Assembly (NCBI GenBank): GCA_964586155.1
Contig: CAZPHC010000008.1
Coordinates: forward strand, 112,110-176,109
Direction of reading: 5' to 3'
From: an uncultured Enterobacteriaceae bacterium
Lineage (GTDB): Bacteria; Myxococcota_A; UBA9042
Length of the DNA stretch: 64,000 nucleotides
Part shown: piece by piece, positions 6,352 through 16,331 of the stretch
Position numbering within the stretch: position 1 is the stretch's first letter
Layout of the letters: every line of letters starts with the position of its first letter
The notes under the pieces: generated by a model
The model's input: only the letters and a program-made list of their open reading frames with translations
The model's database searches: none
What the model was told of the DNA's origin: nothing
Program-made: the position numbers and the translations under genes

Positions 6352-6453
6352 ACCGATGTCGCCGCCCCACCGATGTCGCCGCCCCACCGATGTCGCCGCC
6401 CCACCGCTGCCGCAGCCCCACCGCTGCCGCCGCCCCACCGATGTCGCCGCCCC
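6352..6453. repeat. 17-bp tandem repeat x6 (ACCGATGTCGCCGCCCC; units 4 and 5 are ACCGCTGCCGC[A/C]GCCCC)
   Basis: The unit-initial A falls at 6352, 6369, 6386, 6403, 6420 and 6437, giving period 17. That is not a multiple of 3, so all three frames rotate through the array, which argues it is non-coding. Confidence 0.9.
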
Positions 6454-6616
6454 GCATCAACGCCCGGAGGTCGATGACAGATCGCGCGCCCCGCCACGCC
6501 ACGGCACCGCGGCAGCGACGGAGTGCCCGCACCTTCGCCTTGCGGCTGCCCGGGGCCTCTGCCACGCTGGTGGATGCCCTGGGTCCGCAGATGCGGTCCC
6601 GGCGTGGAGGTGCCGC

Positions 6617-7204
6617 ATGGCCGAGCCGATGCTGGCGTACGTCAGCGAGCACGACTACCTCGACGGCGAACGGGACGCCCAGCAGCGCCACGAATACGTC
6701 GACGGTCGAATTTTCGCGATGACGGGCGCGAGCCGCCGTCACAACATCGTGTCAGGCAATCTCTTTGCGCGCCTCCACGCCCGCCTTCGAGGCCGGCCCT
6801 GCGACGTCTTCGTCAGCGACATGCGCGTGTATGTCCGCAGCGTCCGCGCGTACTACTACCCCGACGTCGTCGTGACCTGCGACGGTCGCGACCGCGAGAG
6901 CGACGACGTCGCGGGCCTCGAGCATCCAACGCTGCTCATCGAGGTGCTCTCGCCCTCGACCGAGGCCATCGATCGCCGCGAGAAATGGCTGCACTACCGC
7001 CAACTCGAGAGCTTGCACGAGTACGTGCTCGTCGATCCGACGCAGCCCTGGGTCGAGGTGTTTCGCCGCACCGATCGCGGCTGGGTCCAGGAGCTGCACC
7101 GCGACGCCGACGCCGAGCTCGCGCTGGAGAGCGTGGGGCTCACGTTGAGCTTCGCGACCATCTACGAAGGCACGGCGCCCGCTGACGATACGCCGTCGGC
7201 CTGA
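6617..7204 (+). CDS. Uma2 family (DUF820) endonuclease
   Basis: ATG at 6617. The translation is MAEPMLAYVSEHDYLDGERDAQQRHEYVDGRIFAMTGASRRHN...YYYPDVVVTC...PTLLIEVLSPSTEAIDRREKW..., with the PD-(D/E)xK-like motifs typical of Uma2. Confidence 0.85.
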   Translation: MAEPMLAYVSEHDYLDGERDAQQRHEYVDGRIFAMTGASRRHNIVSGNLFARLHARLRGRPCDVFVSDMRVYVRSVRAYYYPDVVVTCDGRDRESDDVAGLEHPTLLIEVLSPSTEAIDRREKWLHYRQLESLHEYVLVDPTQPWVEVFRRTDRGWVQELHRDADAELALESVGLTLSFATIYEGTAPADDTPSA

Positions 7205-7310
7205 CCATCGCCGTCACGGGCGACGCAGCCTCGTCCTTTCGCCCCGCCCGAACCCGCCGCCAGCGCCCCCGCCTGTCGCAGAGGGCGCCGGCGGCAGGCC
7301 CGAGGTCCGA

Positions 7311-8885
7311 TTACGCGGCGTGGGCCGGCGCTTGGGCCGCGCCTTCACCCGCCCGCTGCACCACCGCCCGGCCGCGCCAGCCGCCGCGGCGCCAGCGCTC
7401 GCCGAAGATCGCGGCCTTGAGCGCGCACTCGACCGCGACCGCGGCCCAGACGCCGGCCGCGCCGTAGCCGAGCTCCACGCCGAGCCACCAGCCCAGCGGC
7501 ACCTGCACCAGCCACGTTCCGACGATCACCGCCCACATCACAAAGCGGGTGTCGCCAGCGCCGCCGAGCGCGCCCATGGCCACGACGCAGAGCGCGTCGA
7601 AGACCTGGAACGCCGCCGCCCACAGCAGCAGGTTGCGGCCGATGGCGAGCACCTCGTCGTCGGCGGCGAACGCGGCCAAGATCGGCACCGGCCATAGGGC
7701 GAAGACCACGGCGAAGGCCGCCATGATCGACACCGCGAGGCCCGCCGCGCTGCGGAACACGCGCCTGGCCCGCTCGTCGTCGCCCGCGCCCACGGCCTGG
7801 CCGACCAGCATCGACGCCGCCTCGGAGATGCCGAACCCCGGCAAGAAGCTGACGCTGATGACGCGGATCGCCACCTGCGTCGCGGCGACCTCGGCCGCGC
7901 CGACGCGCGCGAGCAACGCGGTGAGCGTCGCCCAGCCGCCGAAGTCGAGCAGGAAGCGCACGCCGATGGGCAAGCCAACGCGGAACAGAGCGCGGAATTC
8001 CGCCACGCCCGGCCGCGCCCAGCCGCGCCGACGCCAGAACTCGAGCAGCAGCCCGAGCCCACCGAGGCCGAGCGAGATGCTCGTCGCCCACGCCGCGCCG
8101 GCGACGCCCATCGCCGGCACCGCGCCGACCTGGACGTCGCCCACCGCCACGCCTGCCCAGCCAAAGACCAGCAGCGCGTCGAGCGCGACGTTGAGCAGGT
8201 TGGCGCCGACGTTGGCGACCATCGGGGTGCGGGTGTCGCCGCGGCCCTGCATCGCCTGGCCGATGGCCGTCAGCATCAGCCACGCCGGCGCGCCCCACGC
8301 CCGGATGGCGAAGGTCGTGGCCGCGTGCTCCTGCACCGCCGCGTTGCCGCCAAAAAGCGCCGCGACCAACGACGCGAACGGCGCCAACGCCAGGATGCCG
8401 AGGCCCGCCACCAGCGCGACGATCGCGCCGGCCCAGCCAGCCCGGGTCGCCATCGCCAGCTCGCCGGCACCGACCGCCTGCGCCACGACGATGTTGACGC
8501 CGCGCAAGCCGCCGAGCAGCAGCGCGCCGGTGAGCATCGTCGCCAGGTGGCCGAGCGCGGCGCCCGCCAGCGGATCGCGGCCGAGCTGCGCGACAAAAAG
8601 CGTGTCGACCACGCCCATCGCCGTGAAGCTCAGCATCGAGAAGACCACCGGCCAGGCGGCCGAGGCCACGTCGCGCACACCACCCGCGCGGCGGTCGGAG
8701 GCGACATCCCCGACCGCCGCGCGGAGTCTGTGCAGCGCCCGCAAGGGTCCGGCGCGCGACGCGACCGCCTGGGCGCCGAGGCGCGCGCGGCCGTGGATCA
8801 CGGGCTGCGGGGTTGAGGTTGCACGATCGGACAGCGCCGGCAGCTGCAACGAGCTGGGCCGGCGCATCACACGAGAGGTCGACAT
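7311..8885 (-). CDS. MATE family efflux transporter (start uncertain; GTG 8897 or ATG 8885)
   Basis: 12-TM-type sequence: AWPVVFSMLSFTAMGVVDTLFVAQLG...MQGRGDTRTPM...GALGGAGDTRF. The N-terminal extension is long. Confidence 0.85.
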   Translation of the reverse strand: MSTSRVMRRPSSLQLPALSDRATSTPQPVIHGRARLGAQAVASRAGPLRALHRLRAAVGDVASDRRAGGVRDVASAAWPVVFSMLSFTAMGVVDTLFVAQLGRDPLAGAALGHLATMLTGALLLGGLRGVNIVVAQAVGAGELAMATRAGWAGAIVALVAGLGILALAPFASLVAALFGGNAAVQEHAATTFAIRAWGAPAWLMLTAIGQAMQGRGDTRTPMVANVGANLLNVALDALLVFGWAGVAVGDVQVGAVPAMGVAGAAWATSISLGLGGLGLLLEFWRRRGWARPGVAEFRALFRVGLPIGVRFLLDFGGWATLTALLARVGAAEVAATQVAIRVISVSFLPGFGISEAASMLVGQAVGAGDDERARRVFRSAAGLAVSIMAAFAVVFALWPVPILAAFAADDEVLAIGRNLLLWAAAFQVFDALCVVAMGALGGAGDTRFVMWAVIVGTWLVQVPLGWWLGVELGYGAAGVWAAVAVECALKAAIFGERWRRGGWRGRAVVQRAGEGAAQAPAHAA

Positions 8886-8993
8886 CGGAGTCACCACAGG
8901 CGGCGTGTCGCCGCGTCGTGCCTCGGGTCAGTCCCCCGCCGCCCCTGTGGCGGCGTCCGCGGGTTCGTCTGGTGCTGGGGCCGTGTTTCGGGC

Positions 8994-9032
8994 CCAAAAG
9001 CGACGAAGCCGCGGGGGGTGACCCGCGGCTTC
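8994..9032 (-). terminator. hairpin plus short U-tract between the 25-codon sORF and the MATE gene
   Basis: The minus-strand RNA is GAAGCCGCGGG-UCACCC-CCCGCGGCUUC (11-bp perfect stem) followed by GUCGCUUUUGGG. Confidence 0.4.
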
Positions 9033-9058
9033 CTGGAATTCCGGCCTTGGCCGATCCA

Positions 9059-9136
9059 TCACCACGGGTGCGGCGCGATTCCCTGCGGACGCAGGAAGTC
9101 GCACATGCAGATCTGGGCGGTGAAGATCATCGTCAT
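9059..9136 (-). CDS. 25-codon small ORF (MTMIFTAQICMCDFLRPQGIAPHPW), possibly a leader peptide
   Basis: GGGAG lies 9 nt upstream of the ATG at 9136. The ORF is followed by the hairpin at 8994-9032 and then the MATE gene. I recognise no family. Confidence 0.3.
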   Translation of the reverse strand: MTMIFTAQICMCDFLRPQGIAPHPW

Positions 9137-9328
9137 CGAGAGAGGCTCCCGTTGGGCGAGGTCTCCTTGCAGAGACCCCGATTTCGCGCGACGAATTCGC
9201 AAGACCTTGTCGTCCGGGATCGCTGGAGCCGCGCCTTGCGACCCCGAGCCGGACAGCCGCACCCTACGCCCGCCGCAGCCGGCGTCAAGAGCTTCGCCGT
9301 TGCGCCCGTCGTGACCGGGCGCGCTGTC

Positions 9329-10033
9329 CTAACGCGGGCCGTAGGTGGTGCGCAGGTAGCGCAGGATGTCCTCGGATTCGTACATCTCGACGCCGTGGTT
9401 CGGGTCGATGAGGTACGGCACCATCACCTTGCCGCCGCGCGCCAGCAGCCCGGGGCGCCGGTGGCTGCGCTTGGCGATGTTGTGCACGACGTAGCTGAGG
9501 TTGAGCTCGCAAAGCTCCTCGCGGGCCTTGCGGCAATAGGGCGAGATCTCGAACGAGTAGAGCTCGAGCAGCTGGGCGGGCTGCTGGCGCTGGCCGCAGC
9601 CCGGTGCCACGCGCTTGCCACGGCCGCGCAGCAGCGAGGTCAAGATCGAGAACACGGTGTTCGGCACCTTCATCGCGCGGTCGAAGGCCGTGCGCGGCGC
9701 CCCGGCGTAGGTGGCGTAGAGGTACTCGATGATGTCTTCGGATTCGTAGAGCTCTTTGCCCGTGTTCGGGTCGTGCAGGTACGGGAACATCGCCTTGCCG
9801 CCGCGGCGCACGACCTCGTCGCGCTGATCGCCGCCGCGCGGGCAGGGGTGGCAGACGAACGCCAGGTCGAGCTCGCTGAGCACCTCGCGCACCTTGCGGC
9901 AGAACGGGCAGCCCTCGAATTCGTAGAGGTGCAGCAGCTGCGCCGGCTGGCGCGACGGCGGCGTGCGGACGGCGAAGCCGCGTGGGTAGCGGGGCGCGCA
10001 GAGCAGCCAGGAGTGCAGGTCGTTGAGCGTCAT
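9329..10033 (-). CDS. tandem glutaredoxin-like / GST N-terminal domain protein
   Basis: ATG at 10033. There are two thioredoxin-fold halves: LHLYEFEGCPFCRKVREVLSELDL...YESEDIIEYL and LELYSFEISPYCRKAREELCELNL...YESEDILRYL. Confidence 0.75.
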   Translation of the reverse strand: MTLNDLHSWLLCAPRYPRGFAVRTPPSRQPAQLLHLYEFEGCPFCRKVREVLSELDLAFVCHPCPRGGDQRDEVVRRGGKAMFPYLHDPNTGKELYESEDIIEYLYATYAGAPRTAFDRAMKVPNTVFSILTSLLRGRGKRVAPGCGQRQQPAQLLELYSFEISPYCRKAREELCELNLSYVVHNIAKRSHRRPGLLARGGKVMVPYLIDPNHGVEMYESEDILRYLRTTYGPR

Positions 10034-10426
10034 CGCGGCCTCGCCCGGCCGGTGCGGTCTGCGTCGCGACGCTGCGAGCGCGTGGGCTCGCGTCCGGCGG
10101 CTGCGAGCCGGCGCGAGCCTGCCACCGCCCCAGGGACGCGGCAATGGTGGCGTGGCCGGCGCTCCTGCTCCCTTCGGAGGGCGCGCCGCCTGGCCGCCGC
10201 CGTCGATCGCGACCCCCTTGACGACGTCGCGAGGTTTCTCTATCACACGCACCTCTCGTCGAGGTCCGTGGCGGAACCTTGCCCCTCGACGCCGTAGGCC
10301 CCCGTCCTGGGTGGCGGGCCCTGCGACCTGGTGAAATCCACGGCATCGATGGCGTTCGTCTCGACCTGTTGCCAGGCCGAGCGGCTGCCCCGGGAGATGT
10401 GCATGCACTGCACGACTCGCGCGCCG

Positions 10427-10840
10427 ATGGTTGTGTCGGCCCGCTTCTTTGCCCTGGTGTCCTTGGTCCTCTCGCTTTGCACCGGCTGCGTCGACGTCGG
10501 CGCGCCGCTCGATCCGCAGGCACCGGCCTCGACCCCCTACGCCGGCTCGGCCGCCGTCGTCGCTGGCTCCGACATCGTCGGCACCTGGGACGGCGTCGAC
10601 TTCAGCGCCGACGAGGCCCAGGCCGTGCTCTCGTTCGTCAACCACGCCACGCTCGAGCAGCTCGACGCCGACGTCGGCTTGGATCTGCGGGCCGCGCGCA
10701 GCATCGTCGAGGCCCAGCCCATCGCCGACATGGCGACGCTGAGCGGGCTGTTCTTCGTCGGCGAGGTGACGCTGTCGCTGATCAAGCAGGCCGCGACCAG
10801 CCCGAGCGCGCCGACCGCGGTGGTGCAGTTCGGCGCGTAG
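10427..10840 (+). CDS. lipoprotein with ComEA-like helix-hairpin-helix domain
   Basis: The internal ATG at 10427 gives MVVSARFFALVSLVLSLCTGC (lipobox). The C-terminus reads FVNHATLEQLDADVGLDLRAARSIVEAQPI..., which is HhH-like. Confidence 0.65.
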   Translation: MVVSARFFALVSLVLSLCTGCVDVGAPLDPQAPASTPYAGSAAVVAGSDIVGTWDGVDFSADEAQAVLSFVNHATLEQLDADVGLDLRAARSIVEAQPIADMATLSGLFFVGEVTLSLIKQAATSPSAPTAVVQFGA

Positions 10841-10976
10841 GCGCCGCGCCGTCCACGCCCACCGCCCGACGCGGCGGCCTTGCCGCCAAAGGCAACGGCC
10901 GCGCCGGTGCAAGCGCACCGACGCGGCCGTCTGCCCCAGGGCCCATCGCGGATGGGCCCCATCATGCCCCGCGGCG

Positions 10977-12437
10977 TCAGTTCGCCGGCGGGACGATCAC
11001 CGCGTCGATCAGGTGGACGACGCCGTTGGTCGCGACGATGTCGGTCGCGATCACCTTGGCTGCGTCCACCTTCACCACGCCCATGTCGACGGTGATGGTC
11101 AGCGTCTGCTTGCCTGCCGTCTCGACGTCGCCGGCCTTGACGTCCGCGGCCATCACCTTGGCGCCGAGCACATGGAACAGCAGCACGGCGGTGAGCTTGG
11201 CCTTGTTCTCGGGCTTGAGCAGGTCCGTCAGCGTGGCGGCGTCCACCTTGGCGAAGGCGTCGTCGGTCGGCGCGAAGACCGTGAAGGGGCCGGCGCCCTT
11301 GAGCGTGTCGACCAGACCCGCGGCCGTCACCGCCTGCACCAGCGTCTTGAGGTTCGGCTGCAGCACCGCGAGGTCGACCAGGTCCGGCGGCAAGATCACC
11401 GCGTCGATGACGTGGATGACGCCGTTGCTCGCCGCGACGTCGGTCGCGGTGACGGTGGCGCCGTCGACCATCACCTTGCCGCCGTCGACCTTGACCGTGA
11501 TCGACGTGCCGTTGACCGAGGTGACGACGCCGGCCTTGACGTCGGCCGCCATCACCTTGGCCGGCACCACGTGGTGGCTCAAGATCGCGGCCAGCTTGGC
11601 CTTGTTCTCGGGCTTGAGCAGCTCGTCGACGGTGCCGGCGGGCAGCTTGGCGAAGGCGTCGTCGGTCGGCGCGAACACCGTGAACGCGCCCTCGCCGGCG
11701 AGCACCCCGTCGAGGCCAGCGGCCTTGGCCGCCGCGAGCAAGGTCTTGAACGAGCCGGCCTTGTCGGCCTCGGCCACGATCGTGCCGGGCGCCGGGGCCG
11801 GCGGCAGCAGCACGCTGTCGATGACGTGGATCACGCCGTTGCTGGCCTGCACGTCGGCGGTGGTCACCTTGGCGCCGTTGACGGTCACGCCGTTGGCGTC
11901 GGCGACCACGTCGAGCTCCAGGCCCGAGAGGGTCTTGACCTTGCCGGTCTTGACGTCCTTGGCCTCGACCTTGCCCTCGACGACGTGGAACGTCAGCACA
12001 GCGGTCAACTTGGCCTTGTTCTCGGGCTTGAGCAGCTCGTCGACGGTGCCAGCGGGCAGCTTGGCGAAGGCGTCGTCGGTCGGGGCGAAGACGGTGAACG
12101 GGCCGGCGCCGGCGAGCGCGCCGTCGAGGCCGGCGGCCTTGGCCGCCGCGAGCAGGGTCTTGAACGTGCCGGCGCCGGTTGCGACTTCGGCGAGGTTGCC
12201 AGGGCCGGTCGCGGCGTCGCTGCCGCTGGCGTCGTCGCTGCTCGCGGTGTCGCTGCCGCTGGCGTCGTTGCTGCCGGCGTCGTTGCCGCTGGCGTCGTTG
12301 CCGCTGGCGTCGTTGCCGCTGGCGGCGGTGTCGGTCGTCGTGGTCGTCGTGCTGTCGGTGTCGTCGCTGCCGCAACCGGCCAGCGCCACGCTCAAGCTCA
12401 GCGCCACCAGGACGCCGCTCCAAGGCTTCATTCGCAT
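10977..12437 (-). CDS. fasciclin (FAS1) repeat lipoprotein, four FAS1 domains
   Basis: GGAGG lies 7 nt upstream of the ATG at 12437. The signal is [23 protein letters not shown] Ser/Gly/Asn/Asp 15-nt repeat region follows. The motif [20 protein letters not shown]...HVV occurs four times. Confidence 0.9.
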   Translation of the reverse strand: MRMKPWSGVLVALSLSVALAGCGSDDTDSTTTTTTDTAASGNDASGNDASGNDAGSNDASGSDTASSDDASGSDAATGPGNLAEVATGAGTFKTLLAAAKAAGLDGALAGAGPFTVFAPTDDAFAKLPAGTVDELLKPENKAKLTAVLTFHVVEGKVEAKDVKTGKVKTLSGLELDVVADANGVTVNGAKVTTADVQASNGVIHVIDSVLLPPAPAPGTIVAEADKAGSFKTLLAAAKAAGLDGVLAGEGAFTVFAPTDDAFAKLPAGTVDELLKPENKAKLAAILSHHVVPAKVMAADVKAGVVTSVNGTSITVKVDGGKVMVDGATVTATDVAASNGVIHVIDAVILPPDLVDLAVLQPNLKTLVQAVTAAGLVDTLKGAGPFTVFAPTDDAFAKVDAATLTDLLKPENKAKLTAVLLFHVLGAKVMAADVKAGDVETAGKQTLTITVDMGVVKVDAAKVIATDIVATNGVVHLIDAVIVPPAN

Positions 12438-12591
12438 CTTCGTTCCTCCATCGCCCCGGGGCTCGGGGACGCAGAGGAGAGATGCGGGCACCGATGCCGC
12501 GAATCGTTGCGTGGCTGGAACAGTGTGTCCCACTGCGCGGCCCGCTCGACCGCGCATCTCGCGGGGCCGGGCTGCATCGGGGCCGTGTGGC

Positions 12592-13645
<1,054 letters not shown>

Positions 13646-13659
<14 letters not shown>

Positions 13660-15244
13660 GCTCCGAAGCGCCCGGCTCCACGGGCGTGCAGGGGTAGTCG
13701 AGGTGGCCGCGCACGCCCGCTTCGACCGCGGCCATCAGCGCCAGCACGATGTCCTCGCGGAAGGGCGGCGCGACGAGCTGCACGCCGACCGGCAAGCCGA
13801 AGCCCTCGACCTCGACCTGGGCGATCTGGCGCTCGATCTTCTCGCCGTGGCCGGTGTCCGGGCGCGCGGCGTCGACGTCCAGCCGCGAGACCCGCGTCAC
13901 GGGCGCGACGCCGGCGGGGAAGTTCAAGAACGTCCAGCGGAACGGGTTCGACAGCGAGAGCGTCATCTCGCCCGACTGGCCGTGCCCCATCGACGGGCAC
14001 GAATGCGCCGGGCAGAGCACGGCGTCGAGGCCCAGCGCGCGCCAGGCGTCGAGCTCGGCGCGGCGCATGGCGGTGCGCTCGGCGGCGATGTCCCAGACCT
14101 CCATGACGCTCTTCTCGCCCAGGACCTCGAGCAGCCGCGCCAGCCGTTGCTCGCCGCGCATGGCCATCGCCCTGGCCGCCGCCCGGCGCAGCAGCGCCGG
14201 CATCTGCAGCGCCTTGGCCGAGGACTCGAGGTGCGCCGACCAGCGCTCGCCGCTGAGCACGCGGCGCATCGAGGCGCCGCCGTCGCCCGAGATCGCGCCG
14301 AGCCAGAGGAAGACCAGATCGCCCGCGCCCACCGGCCGGTACGGGACCAGCGTCGCGCCCGCCTGCTCCAACGCCGCCTTGGCCAGCGCCACCGCGCGCC
14401 GGTTCGACGGCGTCGGCGTCAAGAAGCCGTCGTCGTCGTAGACGCCGATCTTGAGGCCCCGCAGCGACACGGCCGCCGGATCGGGCGGCGCCAGCGGCGG
14501 CACCGCCGGGTCGACCAGGGCCTGGCGACGTGGGTCGATCGCCGCCATCAGCAGCGCGACGTCGGCCGCGCTGCGCGCCAACGGCCCCATCTGCGCCCGC
14601 ACGATCTCCTGGCCCGGCACCGCGCCCTGGCTGCCGCGCACCGAGATGCGGTCGACCGTCGGCTTCAGGCCAAAAACGCCGCAGAAATGGGCCGGGATGC
14701 GGATCGACCCGCCGATGTCGGTGCCCATGCCGCACAGGCTCGAGCCCACCGCGACCGCCGCCGCCTCGCCGCCCGAGCTGCCGCCCGACGAGCGGCCGAG
14801 GTGCCAGGGGTTCGGCGTCCGGCCATGGATCGCGTTGTCGGTCTCTTGCGCCAGCAGCAGCTGCGGCACGTTGGTCTTGCCGAGCACCAACGCACCCGCC
14901 GCGCGCAGGCTGGTCACCGTCACCGCGTCGACCGCCGCCGGTTTGCCGCGCCGCGCCAGCACGCCGAGCGTGGCGTCGCTGCCCTGGACGTCGATGTTCT
15001 CCTTGATCGACACCGGCAGTCCGGCCAGCGCCGGCAGCGCGTCACCGCGCGCCCGCGCCGCGTCGACCGCGCGAGCTTCGGCCATCAACTCCTCGTCGCG
15101 GGTCCAGACGAAGGCATGCACAGCCCGGTCGGTGGCCTCGCGGCGCGCGATCAGCGCCCGGCAGACCTCGACGCTGCTGATCTCGCGGGCGTTGAGCCCG
15201 GCCAGCACCTCGGTGGCGGTCCACGCCCAGAGCGGTCGGCTCAC
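13646..15244 (-). CDS. amidase-signature family amidase
   Basis: GTG at 15244 forms a GTGA overlap with the speE stop. The signature motifs GGSSGGEAAAVA and GTDIGGSIRIPA are present. Confidence 0.9.
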
Positions 15245-16176
15245 AGCCCGTCCTGCGCCAGGCCGGCGCGGAAGAACGCCGGCTGGGCGAACGCCGCGGC
15301 GTGGATCTCCGGCGTGTAGTACATCGTCGGCGGCAGCGCGGCGAAGCGCGCGGCGAAGCCCTCGGCGGCGGGCACGGCGAGGTCGCCGCCCTTGCGCGCC
15401 AGCGTCGCCGACCACGAGCCGGACGGGTACACGCACTGCGGGAAGAACAGCGTCCGGCAGTCGTCGAAGCCGACGGCGCGGGCGGTGCGGTGGACGTGGC
15501 GCAGCAGGTCCATGTGGAACAGCGGCGCCTCGCTCTGGCCGGCCATGATGCCGCCCGGCCGCAGCGCCTTGTGGCAGGCGGCGTAGAACTCCTCGGAGAA
15601 GAGCACCGCCGCCGGGCCGAGCGGGTCGCTGCCGTCGACCAGGATGACGTCGTAGCTCTCGGGCGCGGCGCGGCGCACCCACTCGATGCCGTCCTCGAAG
15701 TGGAACGCGGCGCGCGGATCGCCGTTGTCGCTGCACAGCTCGGGGAAGTAGATCTCCGACAGGCGCGTGACGTCCTCGTCGATCTCGACCTGCGTCGCGC
15801 GCTGCACCGTCTTGTGCCGCAGCACCTGCTGCATCGTGCCGCAGTCGCCGCCGCCGATGATCAGCACGTCCTTGGGCTCGGGGTGCGTGAACAGCGCCGG
15901 ATGCGACAGCATCTCGTGGTAGTAGAAGTTGTCGCGCGTGGTGACCATGACCAGGCCGTCGAGCGTCAGCAGGTTGCCGAAGCGCGCCGTCTCGAAGACC
16001 TCGACCTTCTGGAACGCCGACTGCTTCTCGGCCAGCTTGCGCTTGATCTGGAACGAGATCGCCGCGCCCTCGCCCACCCACTCTTCGGTGAACCAGCCGT
16101 CGACCTGGCCGGCGATCGGCGGGGTCTCGCTGTCGGTGCCTGCGTTCTGGGCGAAGAAATCGGGCTTTTGCGCCAT
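15241..16176 (-). CDS. speE: spermidine synthase
   Basis: ATG at 16176 (MAQKPDFFAQ...). Motifs include QKVEVFET..FGN.L.LDG, IIGGGDCGT and VILVDGSDPLGPA. Confidence 0.9.
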   Translation of the reverse strand: MAQKPDFFAQNAGTDSETPPIAGQVDGWFTEEWVGEGAAISFQIKRKLAEKQSAFQKVEVFETARFGNLLTLDGLVMVTTRDNFYYHEMLSHPALFTHPEPKDVLIIGGGDCGTMQQVLRHKTVQRATQVEIDEDVTRLSEIYFPELCSDNGDPRAAFHFEDGIEWVRRAAPESYDVILVDGSDPLGPAAVLFSEEFYAACHKALRPGGIMAGQSEAPLFHMDLLRHVHRTARAVGFDDCRTLFFPQCVYPSGSWSATLARKGGDLAVPAAEGFAARFAALPPTMYYTPEIHAAAFAQPAFFRAGLAQDGL

Positions 16177-16331
16177 CGTGCGTCCTGTTGCGCCCATCGG
16201 CGCGGGTCGGTTCGTGTCGGTTCGGTTCGTGTCGCGTTTCGGCGACGGCCGGCTGGCCGCTGCGGCGGCAAGGTAGACCAGGTGCAATCGTCGCTGCAAA
16301 CCGCGGGGCGACGCGGCCGATGCGGGCTGGC

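Noticed and set aside
6352-6453. Possible CRISPR array (regular short repeats), also considered for 4587-4628 and 44281-44335.
   Set aside because: The units are directly abutting with no spacers, the unit lengths (4, 5 and 17 nt) are far below CRISPR repeats, and no cas genes are in the window.
6245-6616. N-terminal extension of the Uma2 ORF (track ORF 6245..7204) running through the leader copy and the 17-bp array.
   Set aside because: The extension crosses a non-triplet tandem repeat and gives Pro/Arg-rich nonsense. The Uma2 homology starts right at ATG 6617.
10939-10959. Perfect 9-bp hairpin GGGCCCATC-GCG-GATGGGCCC between the convergent ComEA-like and fasciclin genes as a bidirectional terminator.
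   Set aside because: There is no U-tract on either strand. It is plausible as a GC-rich-genome terminator, but I cannot support it from sequence alone.
16201-16240. Short direct repeat (TCGGTTCGTG x2, within GGTCGGTTCGTGTCGGTTCGGTTCGTGTCG) upstream of speE as a regulatory element.
   Set aside because: There are only two short copies with no symmetry and no second occurrence in the window, so this is indistinguishable from chance or a small slippage duplication.
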